Positions 18,523 through 28,190 are shown, counted from the first letter of the stretch. The stretch is 64,000 bases of DNA from Oscillospiraceae bacterium (GCA_017624715.1 JAGAMN010000009.1:23182-87181), one strand, 5' to 3'. A program made the numbers and translations. Notes: a model not told the origin generated them from the letters alone.

Positions 18523-19650
18523 TTATTTTGTGACCCAGTTTCCGGAGGCCAGGCAGTTCAGATAAGCCTCGATAAAGGGATCCAATGCGCCATCCATAAC
18601 ACCGTTGACATTGGATGTTTCGCAGCCGGTACGGGTATCTTTAACCAACGTGTAAGGCATGAAGACGTAGTTACGGATCTGGCTGCCCCACTCGATCTTC
18701 TGCTGAACACCCTTGATATCGGCAATGGTGGCCAGGTGCTCGCGCTCACGAATCTCTACCAGTTTACTGCGCAGCATTCTAAGACAGGTTTCCTTGTTCT
18801 GGAACTGGCTCCGCTCGGTCTGGCAGGATACTACGATGCCGGTGGTCTTATGGATCAAGCGAACAGCAGAGGAAGTCTTGTTAATGTGCTGACCGCCTGC
18901 ACCGGAAGAACGGAAAACCTGCATTTCATAATCTTCCTGCTTGATCTCAAAGTCCTCAGAATCGTCCTCAATTTCGGGGATGACTTCAATTGCGGAGAAG
19001 GAAGTCTGACGGCGGGCATTGGCATCAAAGGGAGAAACACGGACCAAACGGTGGACACCACTCTCACCCTTTAAGAAACCGTAGGCATTTTCACCTTCGA
19101 TCATAATGGAAGCAGACTTCAGGCCGGCTTCGTCACCTTCCTGGTAGTCCAAAATCTTATAGGTAAAGCCGCTGCGCTCAGCCCAGCGGGTATACATGCG
19201 GTAGAGCATCTGGCACCAGTCCTGCGCCTCAGTGCCGCCAGCGCCGGCCTGGAAGCTCATCATGGCATTATTCTTGTCATACTTGCCGGTGAGCAGAGTT
19301 TCCAAACGGCAGGCTTCCATTTCAGCAGTCAATGCTGCAAAGCCGTCCTTCAGCTCAGGGAGCATGGAATCGTCGTCCTCTTCCTCGGCCATTTCACAGA
19401 TGGTGATCAGATCCTCCCAGGAAGAGACCATCTTCTCGTAGCGGGTGATCTTGTTCTCAGCCTGCTTGGTTTTTACCACGACCTTTTGGCTGCGGTCGGG
19501 GTCGTCCCAAAAACCGGGAGCTTCCTGCATTGCGTGCAGACGCTCCAGCTCATTGCGCAGGCCTTCCAGATTCAAGGAATCTGCAAGACCGTCCAGAGCA
19601 GGCTTGATATCATTCAATTTCTGCTTATAAGAATCAAATTCGATATTCAT
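18523..19650 (-). CDS. prfB: Peptide chain release factor 2 (uninterrupted ORF)
   Basis: GAGGTEAQDW, VHRLVRVSPF, GAGGQH, WGSQIR. Confidence 0.97.
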   Translation of the reverse strand: MNIEFDSYKQKLNDIKPALDGLADSLNLEGLRNELERLHAMQEAPGFWDDPDRSQKVVVKTKQAENKITRYEKMVSSWEDLITICEMAEEEDDDSMLPELKDGFAALTAEMEACRLETLLTGKYDKNNAMMSFQAGAGGTEAQDWCQMLYRMYTRWAERSGFTYKILDYQEGDEAGLKSASIMIEGENAYGFLKGESGVHRLVRVSPFDANARRQTSFSAIEVIPEIEDDSEDFEIKQEDYEMQVFRSSGAGGQHINKTSSAVRLIHKTTGIVVSCQTERSQFQNKETCLRMLRSKLVEIREREHLATIADIKGVQQKIEWGSQIRNYVFMPYTLVKDTRTGCETSNVNGVMDGALDPFIEAYLNCLASGNWVTK

Positions 19651-19745
19651 AAAAGGCACTCATTTCTGTCAGTTTCGATTTTTCCGTAATATTATAGCCG
19701 AAACTGGTGCATCTGTAAAGAGGTATTCCCAAAAAATCCAAGTTT

Positions 19746-19826
19746 TCACCGCTGAGACGGTCCGGTTTCTTCCTCACCAAATATCAGATCATCGATATCT
19801 GTCGTTCTGTCGTTCTTTTCCTCCAT
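19746..19826 (-). CDS. Putative 26-aa acidic peptide MEEKNDRTTDIDDLIFGEEETGPSQR
   Basis: Purine-rich RBS ggagagggggagag; CATATACT -10-like box at 19858-19865. Confidence 0.45.
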   Translation of the reverse strand: MEEKNDRTTDIDDLIFGEEETGPSQR

Positions 19827-19940
19827 ATTCTCTCCCCCTCTCCATACTCTACCGGACAGTATATGTTGACAAAGGAAAATAATCTCTCTGTTTTTGTTGA
19901 CAGGACGGCTTTTTTTCGTTACAATAACCGGGCAGAATAC

Positions 19941-20017
19941 GCACCAGTAGCTCAGCCGGATAGAGCGTCCGCCTCCTAAGCGGAAGGTCGGGGATTCGAA
20001 TTCCTTCTGGTGTGCCA
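19941..20017 (+). tRNA. tRNA-Arg(CCT)
   Basis: gcaccagtagctcag..tccgc-ctCCTaa-gcgga..ttcgaat..tggtgtgcca. Confidence 0.95.
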
Positions 20018-20019
20018 AT

Positions 20020-20108
20020 GGAGAGATGTCCGAGCGGTTTAAGGAGCCAGTCTTGAAAACTGGTGATGGGGCAACCCACCGTGGGTTCGAATCCCACTCT
20101 CTCCGCCA
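20020..20108 (+). tRNA. tRNA-Ser(TGA)
   Basis: ggagagatgtccgagcgg..ccagt-ctTGAaa-actgg; long variable arm; ggttcgaatccc..cgcca. Confidence 0.96.
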
Positions 20109-20148
20109 TAACAAAAGCCACCCCTCGGGGTGGCTTTTGTTATGGCGG
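20103..20148 (+). terminator. Terminator hairpin extending into the tRNA-Ser 3' end
   Basis: 22-bp perfect IR ccgccataacaaaagccacccc/ggggtggcttttgttatggcgg. Confidence 0.85.
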
Positions 20149-20259
20149 CGTGGGATCCGAAGAGAGCGGCAGCAGCCCTCATATCGATACAAATAATGTT
20201 TGATATACAGCACAATCTGTGATACTCTAATAAAAATCAGAGAAAGGACTACCGCACAC

Positions 20260-20886
20260 ATGAACATCTTATTCGACTTAGACGGCACATTGACCGACTC
20301 CGGAGAGGGAATTATCAACTGTGCCATTGCGGCACTGGAGCATTTTGGACTGCCTGTTCCGGAGAGGAATGTCCTCAGAGTGTTCGTAGGCCCTCCCCTG
20401 CGGGATTCTTTTCCCAAATTCGGTGTTCCTGTAGATCGGGTCGATGAGGCCATTGCTATTTATCGGAAGCGGTATGTAAGTGTGGGTAAATTTGAGAACT
20501 TCCCCTACCCCGGCATACGGGAAATGCTGGATGCACTTAAGGTAAAAGGACATCGGCTGTTCGTTGCTACTTCCAAGCCGGAGCATATGGCTATTGAAAT
20601 TTTGGATCATTTTGAACTGGCACAATATTTCGAGATCATCTGCGGTGCAACCCCCGATGACAGCCGCAGTAAAAAGGAAGATGTGATCGCCTATTTGTTG
20701 GCACGTATCGGTCAAGGCGGCGTGATGGTTGGTGATACGATCTTTGATGTGGTAGGTGCGAAGGAAAATCAGCTGCTAACCATTGCGGTTGCCTGGGGTT
20801 ACGGTGACATTGCCGAAATGGAACAGGCCGGCGCAAAGATTGTTAGTACAACGGAAGAACTTATAGAATTGATAGAAGCGTGCTGA
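20260..20886 (+). CDS. HAD-family phosphatase (phosphoglycolate phosphatase/nucleotidase-like)
   Basis: FDLDGTLTDS, ATSK, MVGDTIFD. Confidence 0.9.
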   Translation: MNILFDLDGTLTDSGEGIINCAIAALEHFGLPVPERNVLRVFVGPPLRDSFPKFGVPVDRVDEAIAIYRKRYVSVGKFENFPYPGIREMLDALKVKGHRLFVATSKPEHMAIEILDHFELAQYFEIICGATPDDSRSKKEDVIAYLLARIGQGGVMVGDTIFDVVGAKENQLLTIAVAWGYGDIAEMEQAGAKIVSTTEELIELIEAC

Positions 20887-20904
20887 AATCAGCACGCTTC
20901 TTTG

Positions 20905-21324
20905 TCAAGCGGGGAATGTATTGGTGACCAGGATAAACACGGGCAGAAGCAACGAGAACATGCTGACAAGCCATGGTGTCAGAAGGCGGCGGGAGCAGAA
21001 CATCAGCAGCAGGCACACACCGGTAATTACCACAGGGCCAAGGACCGCCAACTCGCGGATAACCTGGAAATTAAAGTCTCCGTTGATCTGTAAGTCCAGA
21101 CCGACAATGGCAGGCAAATTGGCCTGGTTATAGATTGCCAGATAAATAGCCCCCCAGACAACAGGAATGGCCAGGAATATCTTTCGCATCTTGATTACAT
21201 AACCAGCACCGATTTTTACGATACGGGCCACTTCCGCACAGGCATTCTTGGCAGTTTCAGCAACGGGCTTAATCTTTGCCATGAGCATATTCCATTTTTC
21301 CATAACGGTTTCCAGGAAATTCAT
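20905..21324 (-). CDS. Hypothetical membrane protein
   Basis: 139 aa with three hydrophobic C-terminal segments; RBS gtggag. Confidence 0.75.
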   Translation of the reverse strand: MNFLETVMEKWNMLMAKIKPVAETAKNACAEVARIVKIGAGYVIKMRKIFLAIPVVWGAIYLAIYNQANLPAIVGLDLQINGDFNFQVIRELAVLGPVVITGVCLLLMFCSRRLLTPWLVSMFSLLLPVFILVTNTFPA

Positions 21325-21491
21325 AGGCGTTCTCCACTTCTAAAAGTTTTTCTTATCATAGCACATTCTTATCCGGGATGCAACCGGGTTATATGCGAAA
21401 AAATGTGCGGGTATTTCATTATTGAGTCCGATTTATTGGACATTATATGTTGTATACTCCAGGTACAAACAAAACCGAGGAGGAAACAACC

Positions 21492-21644
21492 ATGAACAAA
21501 ACTGCCATTCGGGAAGTCACCGCCAGCGCTTATCCCAACGCCGCCAACCGCCAGTACCGCATCGACAAGGCAATCGACACCGCCCTGACCGCCGCCGCAA
21601 CCATAGGACTTGCTGTGGTAGTTGTGTTTTTGATGTTGATTTAA
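21492..21644 (+). CDS. Small single-TM hypothetical protein (50 aa)
   Basis: Strong RBS gaggagg; YPNAA motif; C-terminal hydrophobic helix. Confidence 0.7.
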   Translation: MNKTAIREVTASAYPNAANRQYRIDKAIDTALTAAATIGLAVVVVFLMLI

Positions 21645-22411
21645 GGACGCTTATTGTCCCGGTACAGCGCAGCCAAACCCTTGATGATCAGATCCTTGTC
21701 ATAAATGACAGGGGTCTGACACATGGGCAGGACAAATTTTGCAATGCCGCCGGTGGCAACTACAGTCGTCTTGCAACCAAGCTCAGCTTCCATCCGGGCA
21801 ATCAAGCCATCCAGCATGCAGGCTGTGCCCAGCATGATGCCGCTGCGCATGCAATCGATGGTATTCTTACCGATGGCCTTTTTGGGCTGGTCCAGCTGCA
21901 GACCCGGCAGAAGCGCTGTCCGCTCAGTCAGGGCATCCATGGATATCTTGACACCGGGACTAATGGAGCCACCAATGAGAGCACCGGTTTCATCCAGTAC
22001 AACAACCGTGGTTGCTGTGCCCATGTCGACAACGATCATGGGGGGCTTATGCTCCCGAAGGGCTGCTACACAGCCAACTACCAGGTCCGCACCGGTCTGA
22101 GCAGGATTTTCGATCTTAATGTTAAGACCTGTTTTCAGACCAGGGCCAACAACCAAACTGGTTTTGCCGGTGAGCTTTTTAATCGCGGTCTGGAATGAAT
22201 TGAGGACCTGGGGCACAACCGATGCGATAATAGAGCCTTCTATCTCCTTAGGAGATACTCCTTGGACATCCAGCAAAATCTTCAAATCTACGCAGTATTC
22301 GTCGGAAGTTTTGGTAGCGTCGGTACGGATACGGGATTCAAAAACGATATTCTCCCCTTCTACACCGCCGATAACGATATTGGAATTGCCAATGTCAACT
22401 GCTAGGATCAT
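21641..22411 (-). CDS. coaX: Type III pantothenate kinase
   Basis: LAVDIGNSN, SVVP, GAD, VDMGTATT, ATGG. Confidence 0.93.
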   Translation of the reverse strand: MILAVDIGNSNIVIGGVEGENIVFESRIRTDATKTSDEYCVDLKILLDVQGVSPKEIEGSIIASVVPQVLNSFQTAIKKLTGKTSLVVGPGLKTGLNIKIENPAQTGADLVVGCVAALREHKPPMIVVDMGTATTVVVLDETGALIGGSISPGVKISMDALTERTALLPGLQLDQPKKAIGKNTIDCMRSGIMLGTACMLDGLIARMEAELGCKTTVVATGGIAKFVLPMCQTPVIYDKDLIIKGLAALYRDNKRP

Positions 22412-22905
22412 ACTGTTACCTCCAAGTCTGCCTGCCCTAAAAGACGGCAGGCTTTAATTGTATTTCCGTCTGTTTCGATTAGACCAACACTACCTCCGGA
22501 TGAGCCGCAATGGCCGGGGTTGAGAACCCATAAACCATCCTCTTCCCTGTGACAATCAGCCACATGGGTATGGCCATAGAGAGCTGCAGCAGCGCCCATT
22601 GCACGGGCGTCCGAAAGCAAACGAAGTAAGGTCAGCTTTACCTGATGGTTGTGGCCGTGGGTCATATAAAGCCGGACACCGCAAACATCGTAGCAAAGTA
22701 CCTCCGGCTCATAGCGGAGCATTCTGTGGCGGTCGCAGTTACCGGGGACCATATGAAAACGGATATTGGGATTCTCTTCTGCCATAGCTTGGGCATCGTC
22801 GTAGTAATCGCCAAGGTGCACTACCGCATCGGGCTTAACAAAACGTATGGCACGGCGCATAAAGCTAAGGCCGGCATGGGAGTCCGACAAGACAAGAATT
22901 TTCAT
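22408..22905 (-). CDS. YfcE/MJ0936-family metallophosphoesterase
   Basis: SDSH, HLGD, GNCD, THGH, GHTH, LNPG. Confidence 0.92.
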   Translation of the reverse strand: MKILVLSDSHAGLSFMRRAIRFVKPDAVVHLGDYYDDAQAMAEENPNIRFHMVPGNCDRHRMLRYEPEVLCYDVCGVRLYMTHGHNHQVKLTLLRLLSDARAMGAAAALYGHTHVADCHREEDGLWVLNPGHCGSSGGSVGLIETDGNTIKACRLLGQADLEVTV

Positions 22906-23040
22906 TTTATCTCCTGTTTTGTTTTTTATTAGTATAACACACCAATTCTGAAATTTCCACACCGGTAAAGCACATTTTTTCATTTTGAGCATATAGTATT
23001 GCTAGAAAGGCTATGAATCTTGAATGGGAGGCGTTGTCCA

Positions 23041-23274
23041 ATGGAACGATTGCCCAATTTTTCTGCCGAGCAGATAAAAAAGGTGGCAGAAAGTGATGCA
23101 GGGAAACAGCTTTTTGCCCTTTTACAGCAAACACAGGCAGAGCAATTAAAGGTGGCTATGGACCGGGCGGCTGCCGGAGATTATTCGATGGCGAAGCAAA
23201 CATTAACTTCGATGATGAATAACCCCCAGGCGATGGCGTTACTAAAACAGTTAAGGAGTAACCAGGATGGATGA
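23041..23274 (+). CDS. Small hypothetical protein, gene 1 of a putative sporulation operon
   Basis: RBS gggagg; CATATAGT box at 22990; overlaps the next gene. Confidence 0.7.
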   Translation: MERLPNFSAEQIKKVAESDAGKQLFALLQQTQAEQLKVAMDRAAAGDYSMAKQTLTSMMNNPQAMALLKQLRSNQDG

Positions 23275-23641
23275 AATGGAACAGAAGCTAAACTCCATTC
23301 TGGGGAATCCGGAAATGATGTCGCAGATCATGAACATGGCGCAGTCGCTGGGTGGAAAACAAGAGCCGGAGCCGGTCAGCGAGCCGGTTTCGGCTGCATC
23401 AGTCAATCCATTACAGGGAGCACTGGGAGGTATCGACCCGGGAACTATTCAAAAGATCGTCGGTATTGCACAGCAAGCCGGTATCGATCGGAATCAGCAG
23501 AATTTACTAAAAGCGCTGCGTCCATACTTAAGCGAGCACAGGATCATTAAGCTGGAAAAAGCCATGCGTGCTGCCAAGATCGCCGGGGTTGCTACCACGG
23601 CATTGGGCGGTGCTGGTTCCATATTTTTGCCGGGCAGGTGA
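23267..23641 (+). CDS. Hypothetical protein, gene 2
   Basis: LNSILGNPEMMSQIM..LLKALRPYLS; RBS aaggag. Confidence 0.75.
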   Translation: MDEMEQKLNSILGNPEMMSQIMNMAQSLGGKQEPEPVSEPVSAASVNPLQGALGGIDPGTIQKIVGIAQQAGIDRNQQNLLKALRPYLSEHRIIKLEKAMRAAKIAGVATTALGGAGSIFLPGR

Positions 23642-23645
23642 AGTC

Positions 23646-23963
23646 ATGTACAATCGATATATTCCTCAGCCGGATGGCTCCCACCGGCGCAGTCCGGTGA
23701 ATTCCGGTCCACCACAACGACGGCAAAATCAGCCACAGAATCCAGCTCCACCGCCTCCAGATCCTGTGCCGCCTGCATGTCAGGAAAGTAAATATACACC
23801 GCCAGCAGCATTCAAAGCAGGAGAGTTTCTGCGTCGGCTGATCCCAAAAGATCTGGACACCGGAGATCTGTTGATTATTGTTCTGTTGCTGCTGATGTCC
23901 GCAGATTGCCAAGAAGAGAAGAATTCTGCGCTCCTGACTTTGGCACTGTACTTATTTATGTGA
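23646..23963 (+). CDS. Pro-rich hypothetical protein, gene 3
   Basis: MYNRYIP..PPPPDP..LDTGDLLIIVLLLL; RBS caggtga; followed by a terminator IR. Confidence 0.75.
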   Translation: MYNRYIPQPDGSHRRSPVNSGPPQRRQNQPQNPAPPPPDPVPPACQESKYTPPAAFKAGEFLRRLIPKDLDTGDLLIIVLLLLMSADCQEEKNSALLTLALYLFM

Positions 23964-23992
23964 AAAACACAGGGCAAAATGCCCTGTGTTTT

Positions 23993-25228
23993 TTATCCTA
24001 TGTATTCCATGGGATTGACATATGTACCGTTGTAGGAAATGCCAAAATGCAAATGATTGCCCTTGGAAAGACCCGTATTGCCGACATAGCCAATAAGTTG
24101 TCCCTGAGCCACATAATCACCGTAAGAAACCACATACTGGATCATGTGCATATAGACGGAAGAATAGCCGTCGCCATGGTTAATCTGCACATAATTGCCG
24201 GCAGAATCGGAGTATTTTGCGATGGTCACTTTACCGCCGCGGGTTGCATAAATCGGTGTCCAGGCAGGGCAGGCCATATCAATACCATTGTGCATACGCT
24301 CGTAGCCTAGAATGGGGTGTGGACGCATACCAAAGGGGCTGGACAAGCGATAATTGGTCACCGGTGTGAGCCAGCCACTGTCGCTGACAGGTGGAGTCTC
24401 CGGTGCTGTGGTCGGCGGAACATAGGTAGCAAGCCATTCTTGGTATACTGCATCGTCAAAGTCATCTTCCAGCTTTGCAATTTCGTCCAGGAGTTTCTGC
24501 TCATCCTCCTCTGCCTTATCAAGCAAAAGCTCATACTCTATTCCCTTAGCCAGCAAGTCGGCAACAACAGCGGTGGCTTGCTCTGACTTTGCTTCAAGAG
24601 TTTGCTGATCCCGGTTCAGCTGCAATCTGGCAGCCTCCAGAGCCTGCTTCTCGGTAAGCAGATCTTCCTTCGCCTGGGCAACCAAGTCCGCAGTAAACTG
24701 CAGCTGTTTTAATCGTTTATTATCCGCTCTGGCAATTTCTTCGATGATATTCAGTCTGTCCAGAAAATCGGACAGGCTACGCGACTCGAAAAGGACCTGC
24801 CAAAAGGAAAGTGAGCCCTCTTCCTCCATGGCACGAATACGGGCCTTATAAGCTACATTCAATTCTGCCAGATACTGTTCCGCCTTTTCCAGTTCCAGCT
24901 GTTTGTCGGCGATTAGAAGCGCATAAGCTGCAATCTGATCGTTGCTGACAGAAATTTGCTTGTGAAGTACATTGATCTGCTGATCCAAAGCGGATTTATT
25001 GGCTACAAGGGTCTTTATATCCTCGGAGTTTTGCTGAATCTGTCCTTCCAGCTTTGCCATCTCTTCCCGCAGGTTTTCCTGCTCCTGTTCCATGGCATCG
25101 ATCTGATCCCGGATCTCCGAGGAAGAGGCTGCCTGGGCAGGCGTTAATGTGAAAGCAAACAGTATTATTAACACTGCGCAGCATATGATCGGCAGCAAAA
25201 ATTTCTTATGTAGCATAGGATTCTCCAA
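23993..25228 (-). CDS. Coiled-coil + M23 peptidase (murein hydrolase/activator)
   Basis: Signal peptide, long coiled coil, HNGID and HLH. Confidence 0.9.
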   Translation of the reverse strand: MENPMLHKKFLLPIICCAVLIILFAFTLTPAQAASSSEIRDQIDAMEQEQENLREEMAKLEGQIQQNSEDIKTLVANKSALDQQINVLHKQISVSNDQIAAYALLIADKQLELEKAEQYLAELNVAYKARIRAMEEEGSLSFWQVLFESRSLSDFLDRLNIIEEIARADNKRLKQLQFTADLVAQAKEDLLTEKQALEAARLQLNRDQQTLEAKSEQATAVVADLLAKGIEYELLLDKAEEDEQKLLDEIAKLEDDFDDAVYQEWLATYVPPTTAPETPPVSDSGWLTPVTNYRLSSPFGMRPHPILGYERMHNGIDMACPAWTPIYATRGGKVTIAKYSDSAGNYVQINHGDGYSSVYMHMIQYVVSYGDYVAQGQLIGYVGNTGLSKGNHLHFGISYNGTYVNPMEYIG

Positions 25229-25328
25229 TCTGTCGGGATTTGTAATTTATTGTAACTTATTGCAGAATCCGTGTCAAGGGTTTACATAAAAAATTGCGCT
25301 GCTTTTTCAAAAAGCAGCGCAATAAACA

Positions 25329-26366
25329 TTATTTGGCAACAAAACCGACCTTTTTATAGACCTTACGCAGGGTCTTTTCGGCAACGTAGGAAGCCTTCTG
25401 AGCGCCGTCGCGGTAGACGTTTTCCAGGTAGGATTTATCCTTCATCAACCGCGCAGATTCCTCACGGATGGGACGCAGGTGCTCCACAACTGCTTCACCG
25501 ACCACGGGCTTAAACTTTCCATAGCCACAGCCAATGAACTCGTTTTCAATTTCCTCGTAAGTCTTACCGGTAACGGCAGAATAGATAGTCATGAGGTTTG
25601 CAACACCAGGTTTGTTTTCCTTGTCATAACGGACGCAGTTTTCTGTATCGGAGTCGGTGATAGCCCGCTTAAACTGCTTCATGATAACCTCGGGAGGATC
25701 CATCAGCAGGACGCGACCTGTATCCTCATTTTCGGACTTGGACATCTTAGCCAGGGGGTTGGTCAGACTCATGATTCGCGCGCCAACCTTGGGGACGAAA
25801 GGCTCGGGAATCTTGAACACATCACCGTAAATGCCGTTGAAGCGGCGGGCAATGACATGGGTCAGCTCCACGTGCTGCTTCTGGTCTTCACCAACGGGTA
25901 CCAGATCCGGCTGGTACAGCAGAATGTCGCCGGCCATCAGACTGGGGTAAGTAAACAGGCCTGCGTTGATATTATCCGCATTCTTGGCAGACTTATCCTT
26001 AAACTGGGTCATGCGGCTCAGTTCGCCAAACATGGAATAGCAGTCCAGGATCCAACCCAGCTCCGCATGCTGGTGGACATGGCTCTGGATGAACAGGGTG
26101 TTCTTTTCGGGGTCCAGGCCGCAGGCGATGTACTGTGCCAGCTGCTCCAAAGTGCGGCGGCGCAGATCAGCAGGATTTTGGCGGACGGTGATGGCATGCA
26201 GGTCGGCCATAAAGTAAAAGCAATCATACTGGTCAGCCCGCTCTGCCCAATTCTTAACGGCACCCAGATAAGAGCCCAGGGTCAGATCGCCAGAGGGCTT
26301 GATGCCGGAAAGCATTCGCTTTTTCGGTGCGGCTTGGGAAGTCATTTCTTCACTCATTGCATTCAC
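25329..26366 (-). CDS. trpS: Tryptophan--tRNA ligase
   Basis: SGIKPSG, TLGSYLG, VPVGEDQKQH, KMSKS. Confidence 0.97.
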   Translation of the reverse strand: MNAMSEEMTSQAAPKKRMLSGIKPSGDLTLGSYLGAVKNWAERADQYDCFYFMADLHAITVRQNPADLRRRTLEQLAQYIACGLDPEKNTLFIQSHVHQHAELGWILDCYSMFGELSRMTQFKDKSAKNADNINAGLFTYPSLMAGDILLYQPDLVPVGEDQKQHVELTHVIARRFNGIYGDVFKIPEPFVPKVGARIMSLTNPLAKMSKSENEDTGRVLLMDPPEVIMKQFKRAITDSDTENCVRYDKENKPGVANLMTIYSAVTGKTYEEIENEFIGCGYGKFKPVVGEAVVEHLRPIREESARLMKDKSYLENVYRDGAQKASYVAEKTLRKVYKKVGFVAK

Positions 26367-26445
26367 GCTTCTTTCTAAGAATTACTAAAAGCTATATTAT
26401 CACAGTAATTTCCTTTCCGCAAGGGTAAATTATACCTTCGGTTTA

Positions 26446-26474
26446 TTGATTTCTTTCAAATGCTGTGTTATAAT
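26446..26474 (+). promoter_or_regulatory. sigmaA promoter of gltX
   Basis: TTGATT-17-TATAAT with extended TG. Confidence 0.7.
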
Positions 26475-26508
26475 CCAGCAAGAAAATGCTACGAAAGAGG
26501 TAGAAACT

Positions 26509-28152
26509 ATGGACTATCAAGCTTTAGCGCAGCTGCTCTTCCCAAATGTGACCGATACACCGGAGATGCTGGAGGAAAGATTCCCCCTGCGCAACGCCCC
26601 GGAAGGTGCGGTGATCACCCGCATGGCCCCTTCCCCCACCGGCTTTGTACATCTGGGCAACCTGGTGCAGGGTCTGACTTCTGAGCGAATGGCACACCAA
26701 AGCGGTGGCGTTTTGTTCCTCAGAGTTGAGGATACCGATGCCAAGCGTGAAGTGCCCGGTGCTGTTGAAGTGCTAATCGACACCTTGAAACACTACGGCA
26801 TCAACTTTGATGAGGGTGCGACCCACGACGGCGACAGCGGCAACTACGGTCCCTACCGTCAGCGGCAGAGAGCCGGTATTTATCATGTGTATGCAAAGAA
26901 GCTGGTTTCCGAGGGACAGGCTTATCCCTGCTTCTGCACAGAAGAAGAGCTGTCTGCCATGCGTGAAAAGCAGGAGGCCAATAAAGAGACTACCGGTTAC
27001 TACGGTCAATATGCCATGTGGCGTGACCGCTCCATGGAGGACATCCAGGCTCAGCTGAATGCCGGTAATCCCTGGGTGCTGCGGTTTAAATCTACCGGCA
27101 GCATCGAGAACCAGTTTAAGTTTGACGACCTGGTTAAGGGCAAGCTGACCATCACTGAGAATAATGTGGATCATGTGCTGCTGAAGTCTGACGGCATTCC
27201 TACCTATCACTTCGCCCATGCGGTGGACGATCATCTGATGCGTACTACGCACGTTGTACGCGGTGACGAGTGGCTGCCCACCCTGCCCTTCCACATTCAG
27301 CTGTTCAAGGCACTAGGCTTCAAGCTGCCCAAGTATGTGCACATCGGACCGCTGATGAAGATGGACGGCACATCCAAGCGCAAGCTGAGTAAGCGTAAGG
27401 ACCCTGAGCTGGCACTTACCTTCTACAAGGCCGAGGGTTTCCCTGTTAAGGCGGTCTATGAGTACATCATGACCATTCTTAACTCCAACTTTGAAGACTG
27501 GCGCAGAGCCAACCCCGATGCTAGTACTGATGATTTTAAGTTCAGTCCCAAGAAGCTGAACCCTGCCGGCAGCCTATTTGACTACGCAAAGCTAGTGGAC
27601 GTTTCCAAGAATGTCATCTCCAAGATGAGCGCCGAGGAAGTCTACGAGCTGCTGACTGAGTGGGCAAAGGAATTTGATCCTGAGTTTGCGGAAAAACTGG
27701 TCGCTGACAAGGATTTTGCCGTTTCCATTCTTGGCATTGGTCGTGGTGGCAAAAAGCCGAGAAAGGATCTGGCGGTCTGGAAAGACGCCAAGCCTTACAT
27801 GGGCTTCTTCTACGACGATTATCTGGAGCTGCCCGTGTTTGACGATCGGTTTGAAAACAATGTGATCAAGACGGTGCTGGAAAAGTTCCTGGCGGTTTAT
27901 GACCCTGCAGATGATTCTGCCGCATGGTTTGACAAGGTCAAGGCCATTACCGAAGAGATCGGCTTCACCACCGATATGAAGGCCTACAAGGCAGATCCCT
28001 CCGCCTTCCCCGGTACTGTTGCGGATGTATCCACCTTTATCCGTCAGGCAGTCACCGGTCAGACCAATTCTCCCGATCTGTATACTGTGATGCAGATTTT
28101 GGGCAAGGAGCGGTCTGTGGAGAGAATCCAGGCTGTCATCGATACGCTGTAA
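26509..28152 (+). CDS. gltX: Glutamate--tRNA ligase
   Basis: RMAPSPTGFVHLGN, RVEDTD, VDDHLM..RGDEW, KLSKR. Confidence 0.95.
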   Translation: MDYQALAQLLFPNVTDTPEMLEERFPLRNAPEGAVITRMAPSPTGFVHLGNLVQGLTSERMAHQSGGVLFLRVEDTDAKREVPGAVEVLIDTLKHYGINFDEGATHDGDSGNYGPYRQRQRAGIYHVYAKKLVSEGQAYPCFCTEEELSAMREKQEANKETTGYYGQYAMWRDRSMEDIQAQLNAGNPWVLRFKSTGSIENQFKFDDLVKGKLTITENNVDHVLLKSDGIPTYHFAHAVDDHLMRTTHVVRGDEWLPTLPFHIQLFKALGFKLPKYVHIGPLMKMDGTSKRKLSKRKDPELALTFYKAEGFPVKAVYEYIMTILNSNFEDWRRANPDASTDDFKFSPKKLNPAGSLFDYAKLVDVSKNVISKMSAEEVYELLTEWAKEFDPEFAEKLVADKDFAVSILGIGRGGKKPRKDLAVWKDAKPYMGFFYDDYLELPVFDDRFENNVIKTVLEKFLAVYDPADDSAAWFDKVKAITEEIGFTTDMKAYKADPSAFPGTVADVSTFIRQAVTGQTNSPDLYTVMQILGKERSVERIQAVIDTL

Positions 28153-28190
28153 TATCAACGAAAACTGCCGCTCGATTGAGCGGCAGTTTT

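Noticed and set aside
19827-20453. Upstream part of the 235-aa minus-strand ORF
   Set aside because: Antisense to two tRNAs and the HAD gene; only the last 26 codons have an RBS.
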